From Candidatus Poseidoniaceae archaeon (GTDB lineage: Archaea; Thermoplasmatota; Poseidoniia; Poseidoniales; Poseidoniaceae): a stretch of DNA of 46,444 nucleotides. This document shows, piece after piece, positions 35,821 through 45,680 of the stretch. Position numbers and translations under genes: made by a program. Position 1 is the first letter of the stretch, and the number at the start of each line of letters is the position of its first letter. The notes beneath the pieces are model-generated. The model worked only from the letters and a program-made list of their open reading frames with translations. It had not been told where the DNA came from and searched no databases. The stretch covers positions 1 through 46,444 of the forward strand of contig JAKURJ010000002.1 in assembly GCA_022452125.1 (NCBI GenBank), read 5' to 3'.

Positions 35821-35835
35821 GCCCCCTACGGGGGC
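35821..35835 (-). terminator. GC hairpin GCCCCC-TAC-GGGGGC between the ccmF-like stop and the FKBP Shine-Dalgarno site
   Basis: Read directly: 6-bp all-GC stem with a triloop. Confidence 0.3.
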
Positions 35836-35860
35836 ATTTCGGCGACCAACCATCCCTATT

Positions 35861-38167
35861 TCAATCAGTTGGGTCACTTCGGGGCATCCAAATGGCGAGA
35901 CTTGACAACAGCATCAACGCCCATCCACCCCACACAAGGTGGATTCCTGGCAAATCGTAAACCATTATTCTAACCAGGTCACTGCCTTCCATCAATGAAC
36001 GTGCTTGAGTTCCGTCCATTATCAAAACCAAGTCCCCATGCCACATACTTACACGGTCGACTTCTGAACGCGAGCGGGTATCGAATCTGAGCACTCCAGG
36101 CTCTACAGTTTCGATTAATTCTCCATCTTCATAGACATTGATTACTGCTCCAAGATATCCATCTCCAACCTCGAGCCCATCGGTTTGAGTTACTACCTCT
36201 GTAAATTCGAACTCGTAACCTTCCCATTCAACTCTTTCATCCTTGATCATGGTTACGGTGTGAGAAAACGTACCTCTATCGATAATAGTTGTACTCATGA
36301 CATGCCCAATCACTAACAGAACCAATCCCAAATGGATTAGATGAGCGAAAAATGGTATCTCACGTTTACCGTAGTTTTCCTTCGCTAGAGAAATTGTAGC
36401 AGGTAATGCTAGAAGAGCGGGAATCAAAACAACAATACCGATTTGACCTCGATTCAATGATGCGCCAAGGATATCCTTTGAATCGTATCCTAAAGAATCT
36501 CCAAACAACCAAGCTAGAACTAGAATCAATGGAGTTGAAGCCATGAGATAGAACACTCTCTGTGGCCTATCCCTTATGCTCCAAGCAGTGAATGAAAGCA
36601 TGATTGCTGCTAGGAATGGTGCTCCATACAATTCGTGTGCTGCAAATTGAATTGAATCGATGCTTGAAATCAATATTACCAATGTCAAAATTAGATACAA
36701 TCCTACAACTACAACAGGCGCCCATAATACCAACCTTTGCTGAGTGCTTCTATCCATGAATGAGAATTTAGATTCCTTATTTTCCTCAGCGAAGAACCAA
36801 GGTGCAACAAATGCAGTCATGCCTATGGCACATATCGTGATGTCTAACATTCCAGACCATGATGCAGACAAGAATAGCATCACACCTGCGCTAGCCCATC
36901 CCCATGCCTTGAATCGGTCTTTTTCGAAGATTAGCCCGAATGCGAAAAGCAACGATAGTAATTCGAACAAAACCATACCGTGAATGAATCGCAAAACAAC
37001 CATAATTCCTGGTAAAGCGAACCATTTCCAATCGTGTCCTTCAGGCAATGACCTGATGCCAGATTCCACGAATGGACCTAATCCCAAAATGACCACAAGG
37101 GTAGGAGGGAACCCATCTAGCACATCACCGCCACCGATTATACCGATTATCGCCACAACAGGTAGCAAAGCCAACCAGTATTTTGAGAACTCAAAACCGA
37201 GTCTTGAGGCGAGGAATATTCCTAGCAATTGCAGTATTCCAAGGAAATAAACCACGACTTCTATTCCGCTAGCATCTGACAACAGAACCATGATTCTTCC
37301 GAAGACATCCCCCGGCGGTGAGCCTGCTGAGTTCACAACGAATGTGTGGACACTAACTGCCCAAACTCCACCTGCTCTAGTTACCATAGTCGCGAATAGT
37401 GCGAGTGCGCCACAAGCCATTGCCACACCAGCCCACATGTGGTCCGATGTCTTGCCCGGCCGTGTTCTTAGATGCAGCAGCATGCCCAAACAAATCCATG
37501 GTAACAGCGAGCCGGTTTCTACAGGATCCCAAGCCCAATATCCTCCCCAATCTAGAATCAGGTAAGCCCACAGGCCTCCTAAGCCAATTCCCAACGTTGC
37601 AAAGAAGAATGCAGGTCTAGCGACTTGGATCAAATCGTCTTTGATTCCTTTGTAATTTGTCAAAATGGCTGATACCGCAATACATGCAAGCGTGATGCAC
37701 AAGGAGTATGCCAGGAATATGAGAGGAGGATGAATCACCATCAAATCTGTCTGCAATAACTCATTGAGGCCTGGTCCACGGCCTTCTGCTGGCTTGAAGG
37801 GTTGCAGTATCCATGCAACCAGTAAGAGAGTTAATGCAAACCCATTCATCAGTCTTAGACGGAGTAGGTGCCTATCTTCACATTCTGATTTCAATGGATT
37901 CCTCCAAACGATTGACAAGAGAGCCATCCATGCTACCCAGAGCAAAATTGGTCCCTCTCTTGCAGCCCATGTGGCCGCGAATCTGTACTTGAGAGGTAAC
38001 TCTTCTCCGCCATACCAAGCAACGAGATGAATCGTATCGTAATTCATTGTGAACATGAACGCCAATAGGAAAAATGGCAAACCTAGAATCCATGTCAACT
38101 TTGGATCTGGCCGAAATGTCACCCAAGCTGCAACGAATACAGCGAATGGCATCAGCAAAGATTCCAT
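35861..38167 (-). CDS. ccmF: CcmF/NrfE-like cytochrome c-type biogenesis (heme-handling) membrane protein
   Basis: W-rich signature 'WGGYWAWDPVETGSLLPW' in a polytopic protein. ATG 38167 lies 4 nt after the upstream stop. Confidence 0.7.
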   Translation of the reverse strand: MESLLMPFAVFVAAWVTFRPDPKLTWILGLPFFLLAFMFTMNYDTIHLVAWYGGEELPLKYRFAATWAAREGPILLWVAWMALLSIVWRNPLKSECEDRHLLRLRLMNGFALTLLLVAWILQPFKPAEGRGPGLNELLQTDLMVIHPPLIFLAYSLCITLACIAVSAILTNYKGIKDDLIQVARPAFFFATLGIGLGGLWAYLILDWGGYWAWDPVETGSLLPWICLGMLLHLRTRPGKTSDHMWAGVAMACGALALFATMVTRAGGVWAVSVHTFVVNSAGSPPGDVFGRIMVLLSDASGIEVVVYFLGILQLLGIFLASRLGFEFSKYWLALLPVVAIIGIIGGGDVLDGFPPTLVVILGLGPFVESGIRSLPEGHDWKWFALPGIMVVLRFIHGMVLFELLSLLFAFGLIFEKDRFKAWGWASAGVMLFLSASWSGMLDITICAIGMTAFVAPWFFAEENKESKFSFMDRSTQQRLVLWAPVVVVGLYLILTLVILISSIDSIQFAAHELYGAPFLAAIMLSFTAWSIRDRPQRVFYLMASTPLILVLAWLFGDSLGYDSKDILGASLNRGQIGIVVLIPALLALPATISLAKENYGKREIPFFAHLIHLGLVLLVIGHVMSTTIIDRGTFSHTVTMIKDERVEWEGYEFEFTEVVTQTDGLEVGDGYLGAVINVYEDGELIETVEPGVLRFDTRSRSEVDRVSMWHGDLVLIMDGTQARSLMEGSDLVRIMVYDLPGIHLVWGGWALMLLSSLAIWMPRSDPTD

Positions 38168-38171
38168 GTAC

Positions 38172-39398
38172 TCACCATCCGAAATGCTTCGCTCTCGAAT
38201 AACCAAATGAAAGTAGCACACTAATCACACCTTTAGTGTACAAAAACGGGTGACGGACCAATATTTTCAATCCAATCCACAATTTGTCAAGTACCGACAT
38301 TGAGCCCAACTCCTCTGGCAAACATCTTGCCATGTTTGATAACTCATCATCGCTCAAATCATATAGGGATGTTTTTCCCTTCAAAATCTTGTGATATGGC
38401 GGGAATCGCTTCTTCCACGCTTTGACATATCTCTGCATTTTTGCATCTGATAAATCTCCTTCAGAAATCGCTGCTGCAATGGTTTGAGCCGCCTCTCTGC
38501 CTGACCACAATGCTAGGTGTGAACCACCTTCGAATAATGGAGATGTGAAGCCTGCCGCATCTCCTACCAAGATTAGTCCGTCTCCTGTGGTGATTTCCCT
38601 CGGCCCTGAAATTGGTATGGTGCCTCCAAATGGGCGAGGTTTGACTCCAGGCTTCCTCCATTCTGGGTTTTGAATTCCCTTTCCGTTTAGATAGGTATCT
38701 TCAACAAATTTGTCAAGATATTTGATTGCGCCTTTTTTGTCTGTAGTGACAAGACCTACATTTGCTCTTCCGCCTTTTTTCGGAATCATCCAGACGTACC
38801 CATGTGGAGAATATTCAGGCCACAAGTAGAAATCAAGATAGCCGTCATTATCCACTTCTGTCATCTCATATTGGAAGCCTGCAATGACCTCCACTTCGGT
38901 CCCCATATCGAGTAATTTTGTTGCTGCTCCAGCAACCCCTGAGGCGTCAATTACTGCCTTACATTCTATCGGAAATTCGTCTCCACGACCTTCAATTTTC
39001 CAATTGACAAATTCATTTTTGCTATTGTAAATTCTTTCCATAGAAGTTACCCTGTGTGAGAGGTGTAAGCTCGCTCCTTTCTTGACTGCTTCATCGCACA
39101 ACCATTGTTCGAATTTATGCTTCTCAAGGACGTACCCTTTCTCGGTCAACAACTTCGCAGTTCCGTCTGGAAAGATAACGCGAATGCCCTTACAATCAAG
39201 TGCAACGACATCCTCTGGCAAATCGAGATCTAGATTGTCAACAGCCATCTGCGACAAGCATTCTCCACAGTGCACAGGAACTCCGACCTCCGGGTCTGCC
39301 TCGACAATCATGGTGCTGAGACCTGCACGCGCAGAATGCAGTGCAGCAGAACCGCCGCCTGGGCCGGCACCGATAACCAGTACATCGCAACTCGCCAT
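38172..39398 (-). CDS. Geranylgeranyl reductase-family flavoprotein
   Basis: 'DVLVIGAGPGGGSAALHSARAGL', 'GDAAGFTSPLFEGG', and the length is typical of archaeal GGR. Confidence 0.8.
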   Translation of the reverse strand: MASCDVLVIGAGPGGGSAALHSARAGLSTMIVEADPEVGVPVHCGECLSQMAVDNLDLDLPEDVVALDCKGIRVIFPDGTAKLLTEKGYVLEKHKFEQWLCDEAVKKGASLHLSHRVTSMERIYNSKNEFVNWKIEGRGDEFPIECKAVIDASGVAGAATKLLDMGTEVEVIAGFQYEMTEVDNDGYLDFYLWPEYSPHGYVWMIPKKGGRANVGLVTTDKKGAIKYLDKFVEDTYLNGKGIQNPEWRKPGVKPRPFGGTIPISGPREITTGDGLILVGDAAGFTSPLFEGGSHLALWSGREAAQTIAAAISEGDLSDAKMQRYVKAWKKRFPPYHKILKGKTSLYDLSDDELSNMARCLPEELGSMSVLDKLWIGLKILVRHPFLYTKGVISVLLSFGYSRAKHFGW

Positions 39399-39417
39399 GC
39401 CTCCCCGAAGGGGAGGC
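39399..39417. promoter_or_regulatory. 8-bp GC-rich hairpin GCCTCCCC-GAA-GGGGAGGC abutting the GGR start codon in a divergent promoter region
   Basis: Read directly. On the minus strand its 3' arm ends 1 nt before the ATG at 39398. Confidence 0.35.
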
Positions 39418-39476
39418 GGGACTTCAATGAGTCGGCACAGAACAAGTATTCATGAAGAAGTTCTCCTAGCGGTACC

Positions 39477-41402
39477 ATGGCCTGGAGAAATTCTACGCGC
39501 TGGGTCGCCCACCTTGAGAAGCGGGGCGAGCTGATTCGCATAACAGAGCCTGTAGATGTAGAATTAGAGGCCGGAGCAATTGCGGATCGGCTGGTAAAGA
39601 ACAACGGGTCGGCTGTTCTGTTTGAGAAACCAAGACTCCCTAACGGAGAAATCAGCGAGATTCCGCTTGCAATGAACCTATTTGGGTCACATGACAGAAC
39701 TCAGAGAGCACTGGGCGCATCACATCCAACTGAAGTCGGTGAAAGATTGGTCGCTTTAATGAAACCAGATATTGGTGGAATAATGAAGAAACCTTGGACT
39801 GGACTCCCACTATTGAGAGATGCAATGTCGCTACCCCCAAAGAAGGTCTGGAGAGGATCTTGTCAAAGAGTAAAAATGGACCTAGATGTCACACAATTAC
39901 CAATTCCAAAGACATGGCCAATGGATGGTGGAAGATACATCACACTTCCTCTAGTCGTTACCAAAGACCCGCACTCGGGAGAGCACAACCTAGGAATGTA
40001 CAGAGGTCAAGTGTTCGGTCCAAAAGAAGTCGGCCTACATTGGCAAATTCACAAGCATGGTGCAGACCATGCTGCGGCTTGGCCGGATGGAAAAATGCCA
40101 GTTGCGATTTGTATCGGCGGCCCCCCAGAATTGATTTTCTCAGCGATTGCCCCCCTACCTGATAATTTGGAAGAATACATGTTTGCGGGATTCCTAGGTA
40201 AAAGACGCCTAAGAATAACCAAAGCACTAACTCAAGACCTCCTAGTTCCTGCTGATGCTGATATAGTAATCGAGGGATGGGTTGATGCAACTCAAACTAG
40301 AACTGAAGGCCCATTCGGAGACCACTTTGGATTCTACTCCCTGACTGGCCAGTACCCTGTTCTGAATGTTACTGCAGTAACCAGAAGGAAAAATGCAATT
40401 TTGCCAGCGACGATCGTAGGCCAACCTCCTATGGAAGATGGATATCTAGGAGAAGCTATTGGAAAGCAATTCAGGCCGATTCTATCTTTCCAGCACAGAG
40501 ATGTACTGGATTTACACTTACCACTTGAGACTGGTTTCCACAACCTTGCCATCGTCAAGAGTAAGCAACGATACCCAAGGCAAGCTAGGAAAACATGTCT
40601 TGGTTTGCTAGGTGCTGGACAAATGATGTTTTTGAAAATCCTAATCGCTACAGATGAAAATCCCAGTGATTTGGATGCCTTGTTAGATGTGCTAAACAAC
40701 CGAGTCGACCCTGAGACTGATATCACCATAATCGAAGGAATAGTTAGTGACTCTCTAGAACCTGCTTCCACTTACGAAAATGTGCATTCGAAAGTAATCA
40801 TTGATGCAACAAAACTTGTCCCTGCTGACCCAAGAAGTGGAAAGCCATTGGAAGGGTCTCCGATTGAAGAATGTCCTGCATGGAGAAGAGGGGAAGAAGA
40901 TGCGCCAGGAATTAGTGAATCTCTGTTGAAACAAATCTCGGAATTAGAAGATGTTGAGGACTGCCTCTTGCTGAGAAATTCGATGTTAGTTGTAACAGTT
41001 GACATCGAAGGAAGACCAGATCCAAGAACCGGAATGCAATGGCCAAATGAGGACGATGCTAAGGCCCAAAGAGAGAAGATTTCTCAATTGAGAAAATCAA
41101 TTTGGCAATTGGACTCTAAAAATGAATTAAGATGGTTATTTGTAACTGACAATGATATGAATCTTCACGGTGAAGGAGCGATGAGAAGGTTGCTATGGCA
41201 GCTAACTTCACGCTTTGCTGTGGAGCGCGATTTCATAGTAGAAAATGGCAGAATATTCTGGGATGCGACCACACCAATTCCTTCGCTCGAAGGACCAACT
41301 CCTGTTCGAAGATGGCCTGCAATTACTATGCATGACCCTGAAACTTTAGATGCGATTGAACGGTTCGATTTACCACCTTGGCCTGACAACTTGGTGATGT
41401 GA
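39477..41402 (+). CDS. UbiD-family (prenyl-FMN dependent) decarboxylase with a roughly 150-aa C-terminal extension
   Basis: 'GGRYITLPLVVTKDP', 'NLGMYR' and 'EGPFGDHFGFY'. 641 aa versus about 500 for typical UbiD. Confidence 0.8.
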   Translation: MAWRNSTRWVAHLEKRGELIRITEPVDVELEAGAIADRLVKNNGSAVLFEKPRLPNGEISEIPLAMNLFGSHDRTQRALGASHPTEVGERLVALMKPDIGGIMKKPWTGLPLLRDAMSLPPKKVWRGSCQRVKMDLDVTQLPIPKTWPMDGGRYITLPLVVTKDPHSGEHNLGMYRGQVFGPKEVGLHWQIHKHGADHAAAWPDGKMPVAICIGGPPELIFSAIAPLPDNLEEYMFAGFLGKRRLRITKALTQDLLVPADADIVIEGWVDATQTRTEGPFGDHFGFYSLTGQYPVLNVTAVTRRKNAILPATIVGQPPMEDGYLGEAIGKQFRPILSFQHRDVLDLHLPLETGFHNLAIVKSKQRYPRQARKTCLGLLGAGQMMFLKILIATDENPSDLDALLDVLNNRVDPETDITIIEGIVSDSLEPASTYENVHSKVIIDATKLVPADPRSGKPLEGSPIEECPAWRRGEEDAPGISESLLKQISELEDVEDCLLLRNSMLVVTVDIEGRPDPRTGMQWPNEDDAKAQREKISQLRKSIWQLDSKNELRWLFVTDNDMNLHGEGAMRRLLWQLTSRFAVERDFIVENGRIFWDATTPIPSLEGPTPVRRWPAITMHDPETLDAIERFDLPPWPDNLVM

Positions 41403-42209
41403 ATGGACCTGAAGCAAATTGCATCCTTCGTAAAAATCGAACATACATTATTCAGTCTCCCATTCGTGTTCATCGGAGCCCTGATGGCTGGTGACCCAAC
41501 TTACTTGCAATACTTCTGGATATTGATTGCAGCAGTTGGAGCCAGAGGGTTAGCCATGGGCCTTAACAGAATTATCGATAGAGATATCGATGCAGAGAAC
41601 CCACGTACAGCAAACAGACATCTCGCTTCTGGAAGCATGTCTATGCAGACAGCATGGATACTGTGCGGGATTTTCTTGGCCATGCTAGTTGGAGGCGCTG
41701 CGATGTTGAACCCTCTGTGCCTGTACCTCTCTCCAATCCCTGTACTCGCTTTTGTTGTCTATCCATATCTCAAGCGATTCACTTGGCTTTGTCATTGGTG
41801 GCTCGGAGGGTGTCTAGCCTTAGCCCCTGCAGGCGCCTGGGTAGCAATTACCGGAGAGATCTCTTCGAACTCTTGGTACCCTGATTTGCTAATCGTTTCA
41901 ATCGGAGTAATGATTTGGATTGCAGCATTTGACTTGGGTTATGCACAAATGGATATCGAAAGTGACAAAAAAACCGGAGTGAAATCGTTTCCTGCTAGAT
42001 TCCAACCGCCAACAACCATGGCAGTAATGCTGGTGTCAATTCCAATATGGGCCGCTGCATTCTCTATTGTTTCACCTAGTGGAACTCTGATTTCCCTAGT
42101 GCTGGTTGTGAGCGTTCTAGTCGCATCTGGTTCCCAATTCCAAAATTGGTGGTTCCGAGCACATGTATCCACAGGATGGATTCTACTTGCTGCAATGCAA
42201 CTTTCATAG
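41403..42209 (+). CDS. UbiA-superfamily aromatic prenyltransferase
   Basis: 'NRIIDRDIDAENPRTANRHLASG' plus a second Asp-rich 'DLGYAQMDIESD'. 8-9 TM. The ATG directly follows the ubiD TGA. Confidence 0.85.
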   Translation: MDLKQIASFVKIEHTLFSLPFVFIGALMAGDPTYLQYFWILIAAVGARGLAMGLNRIIDRDIDAENPRTANRHLASGSMSMQTAWILCGIFLAMLVGGAAMLNPLCLYLSPIPVLAFVVYPYLKRFTWLCHWWLGGCLALAPAGAWVAITGEISSNSWYPDLLIVSIGVMIWIAAFDLGYAQMDIESDKKTGVKSFPARFQPPTTMAVMLVSIPIWAAAFSIVSPSGTLISLVLVVSVLVASGSQFQNWWFRAHVSTGWILLAAMQLS

Positions 42210-42232
42210 AGTGGCAAGACTCCCCTTAGGCC

Positions 42233-42610
42233 ATGAATCCAATAGTGAAGTCCTTGCTAGAATTCAATAACGCATTCGAAATTCCAAAATTAGACAAACC
42301 AGGACTTGGACCTGATGAGTTAATTGAGTTGAGAATCAAACTACTAACGGAAGAAGTTCAAGAATATGCAGAAGCAGCTAGAGCAGGAGACTTGGTAGAA
42401 GTTCTCGATGCACTAGCGGACATCGGATACATCTTGGCAGGAACAATCATCAATCATGGAATGCAAGACATCTATGACGATGCTTTCAATGAAGTTCATC
42501 GCTCAAACATGGCGAAATTGGTTGATGGGAAAGTACTGCGAAGAGAAGATGGAAAGGTGCTAAAACCAGAAGGTTGGCAACCTCCACAACTTGCACAATT
42601 CCTCCAGTGA
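42233..42610 (+). CDS. MazG-like all-alpha nucleotide pyrophosphohydrolase
   Basis: 'LLTEEVQEYAEA...EVLDALADIGY' is the E-x2-E ... D-x2-D metal motif. Confidence 0.65.
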   Translation: MNPIVKSLLEFNNAFEIPKLDKPGLGPDELIELRIKLLTEEVQEYAEAARAGDLVEVLDALADIGYILAGTIINHGMQDIYDDAFNEVHRSNMAKLVDGKVLRREDGKVLKPEGWQPPQLAQFLQ

Positions 42611-42639
42611 GTTATTGAATATCTCCTCTTAGGGATTCC

Positions 42640-43365
42640 ATGCGCACCGCACTTGTGACCGGAGGAGGCCGAGGAATTGGCGCTGCAATTTCCAAAAAAT
42701 TGGCCGAAGATGGTTACAGAGTTTTACTGACGTACTGTAATTCTTCCAAGCCCGCAGAAATGGTTGTTGACGACATCCGCAATTCTGGAATCGATGCTGT
42801 TGCTGCCAATTGTGATGTTACAGATGCTAGAGAAGTGGCGCTGTTGGCAACCCATCCCTGGGTAATCGAAGGTATCGATGTACTAGTATTGAACCACGGA
42901 AGATATGACAGAATAGATGCTAAGAAACTGGACCTAGACCATTTGCGAAGAACTATGTCAACCAACTTTGAAGGAGCATTCCTAGTATGGGATGCAGTCA
43001 AACCACATCTTTCCACAGAAGCTAGAATCTGTGTTATCGGAAGCCAATTAGGCACCAGAGGATCGCCGCATGGTGCGGACTATTCAGCATCTAAAGCAGC
43101 CCTTTCAATTTGGGCACGCTCCCTTGCCCAGTCACTTGCACCTGAAGGAAAGAGGGTAAATGTCATCGCGCCTGGGTTTGTGGACACTGACATTTTGGCA
43201 GGAGATAGTCCAGAAAAAAGAGCTAGTCGGGAAGAGGAAGTTCCACTGAAAAGAATCGGAACTCCCGAAGATATTGCAGGAGTCGTGTCGTTTTTGGTAG
43301 GCGAGAAATCTTCCTACATCACCGGTGCCGTAATTCATGTCAATGGCGGATTATACCTACCTTAG
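42640..43365 (+). CDS. Short-chain dehydrogenase/reductase (FabG-like)
   Basis: 'VTGGGRGIGAAI', 'YSASKAA' and 'INVIAPGFVDT'. Confidence 0.85.
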   Translation: MRTALVTGGGRGIGAAISKKLAEDGYRVLLTYCNSSKPAEMVVDDIRNSGIDAVAANCDVTDAREVALLATHPWVIEGIDVLVLNHGRYDRIDAKKLDLDHLRRTMSTNFEGAFLVWDAVKPHLSTEARICVIGSQLGTRGSPHGADYSASKAALSIWARSLAQSLAPEGKRVNVIAPGFVDTDILAGDSPEKRASREEEVPLKRIGTPEDIAGVVSFLVGEKSSYITGAVIHVNGGLYLP

Positions 43366-43376
43366 GAAGTGAGAGA

Positions 43377-45662
43377 ATGAGTGACCCCTTCGACATATCG
43401 AAGGCCCTGGAAGGGGCGGTGAAAGACACGCTTTCGCCAGAGGCATCCCGCTTCAAAATTCACTCCGAACACGGCACAGCAGGGGACCAAGAAAAAGCAA
43501 TTGAAAAATTAATTTCTCAATTGGAAAATAAACAGGAAAGATGCGTGCTTTTAGGCGTCACAGGTTCAGGAAAAACCTTCGCAATGGCTAACATAATTGA
43601 GAGGTTGAACATCCCAACACTCATCATTAGCCACAACAAAACTCTAGCCCGCAAACTCTACCAAGAGATGGATGGTTTATTCCCAGAAAATGGCATCGAA
43701 TATTTCGTATCTCACTATGACTACTATCAGCCTGAAGCCTATCTTCCAAAGAGAGATTTGTACATCGACAAAGAACTGTCAATCAATGAGAGAATAGAGC
43801 AAGAAAGATTCGCAACCGTTGCAAGTCTAGTGAGCAGACCTGATTGTGTTGTCGTTTCATCGGTATCTTGCATATACGGCCTTAACGCCCCTGAGACCTT
43901 CCTATCCTACCATTGTCGAATTCACGTTGATCAGGCAATCGAGCCAATTGACTTGGTTCGAGAGCTAGTAGCGCTCCAGTATGAAAGAACAAATACGGAT
44001 TTGGAAAGAGGACAAGTTCGTCTGCGTGGCGAGAACCTCGATGTTTGGATGCCGAGCCGTGACGACCCATTGAGGGTCAGATTTGGATTCGATGGAGTTG
44101 AACATATACAGATTTGCGACCCTGTATCTTGGGAGATTCTAGACGAATTGGATGAAGCATGGATCCACCCCAAGGAGTTCTTCATGGTCTCTCCAGAAAG
44201 ATTTGAAGAAGCTCTCGAGAATATTGAAACCGAATTAGATGGTAGATTTGCTGAACTAAAGAGTGAAGGCAAAGATATCGAGGCACATAGACTTCAACAA
44301 CGCACTCAATACGATTTAGAGATGTTGAGGGAAGTAGGCCACTGCACCGCCGTTGAAAATTATTCAATGCACTTTGATGGAAGAACGCATGGCGAGCGGC
44401 CTTACTGTTTGCTCGACTTCTTTGCCGCTGCAGCAAAACAATTCCACGGAGACCCCAAAAAATTCCTTGTCATCATGGATGAGTCGCACGTGACTTTACC
44501 ACAAGTTGGAGGCATGTACGCCGGAGACCGTAGTAGGAAATTGAATCTAATCGAGCACGGATTTAGATTACCGTCAGCTGCAGATAACCGCCCACTGAAA
44601 TTGAAAGAGTTTCAAAACCTAGTCCCTCAAATGCTGTACGTCAGCGCTACCCCTGGAGAGCGAGAATTATTGCATCTGTGTGAAGTTACTGAGCAGGATG
44701 CTCCAATCGGCCTCAGACACGTATCAGGTGGCGGAGGAGTTGAAGAGCCAGAATACTCGAAAAAGCATCCTGACTCTGAAAGCATGTATGACATGCTGCA
44801 AATGATTGAACACATTCCTCGTATGGAAATACGACCAACTGGATTGCTCGACCCTTCGATTGAAGTTAGAGGGACTGAAGGGCAAGTTGCTGACCTCCTA
44901 TCTGAAATCAACGCTCGAATAGAAAATGGCGAGAGGACATTGGTGACTGTACTTACAATCAAGTTTGCAGAAGAAGTAGCGCACTACCTCAATAAAATGG
45001 GAATCAAGGCGCACCATCTTCATTCAGAGATCGACACTATCGAGAGAACTGAAATTCTAAATGCTCTAAGAATCGGCCACATCGATGCAATTGTAGGAAT
45101 TAACTTGCTGAGAGAAGGATTAGATATTCCTGAAGTCAGCCTTGTTGCGATTTTTGATGCAGACCGCCAAGGGTTCCTTCGAAATGAAAGAAGCCTGTTA
45201 CAGACGATTGGAAGAGCTGCTAGAAATTCCAATGGCAAGGTGATTTTGTAGGCGGATACAATGAGTCCACCGATGACTGCTTCGATAAAACAAACATTGG
45301 AGAGAAGGGACAGACAAATGGCTCACAATGAAAAATTCGGAATCACTCCTGCAACCATCAAGAAGGCACTTCCACAGATGGGTAGCGACATTGATGACCT
45401 AATCGCTGGAACTGCCGGCGGCAAGAGATTAGTTGGTTCCAAAGGTGGTCGCAAAGGTGGAGATTGGGCCAGCAATTTGAGAGTTGGAGCAGGCCAATGG
45501 GCACGCTCAGATTCGGTAACTAGCAACATTTCACAACCAATTGAAGAATTAAATTATTCAATTGAAGAATTAAAGGAAATGATGAACCAAGCTGCGCTAG
45601 AATTAGACTTCGAAAGAGCGGCTATGTTGCGAGACAAAATACGCGACTTGGAGTCGTCATGA
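43377..45662 (+). pseudogene. uvrB: Excinuclease ABC subunit B interrupted by a single in-frame TAG (45249-45251)
   Basis: ORFs 43377-45251 and 45261-45662 are in the same frame. Together they give a full UvrB ('GVTGSGKTF', 'YYDYYQPEAY', 'DESH', 'IGRAARN', C-terminal UVR 'FERAAMLRDKIRDLE'). The stop replaces the Tyr of 'GK(A/V)ILYAD'. Confidence 0.8.
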
Positions 45663-45680
45663 AACCGTCATGAGGTTCAT

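Noticed and set aside
45249-45251. TAG in uvrB as pyrrolysine or a reassigned sense codon
   Set aside because: TAG terminates several well-supported genes in this window at their expected ends. No pyl genes or PYLIS-like context is evident, and the aligned residue is Tyr, not Lys.
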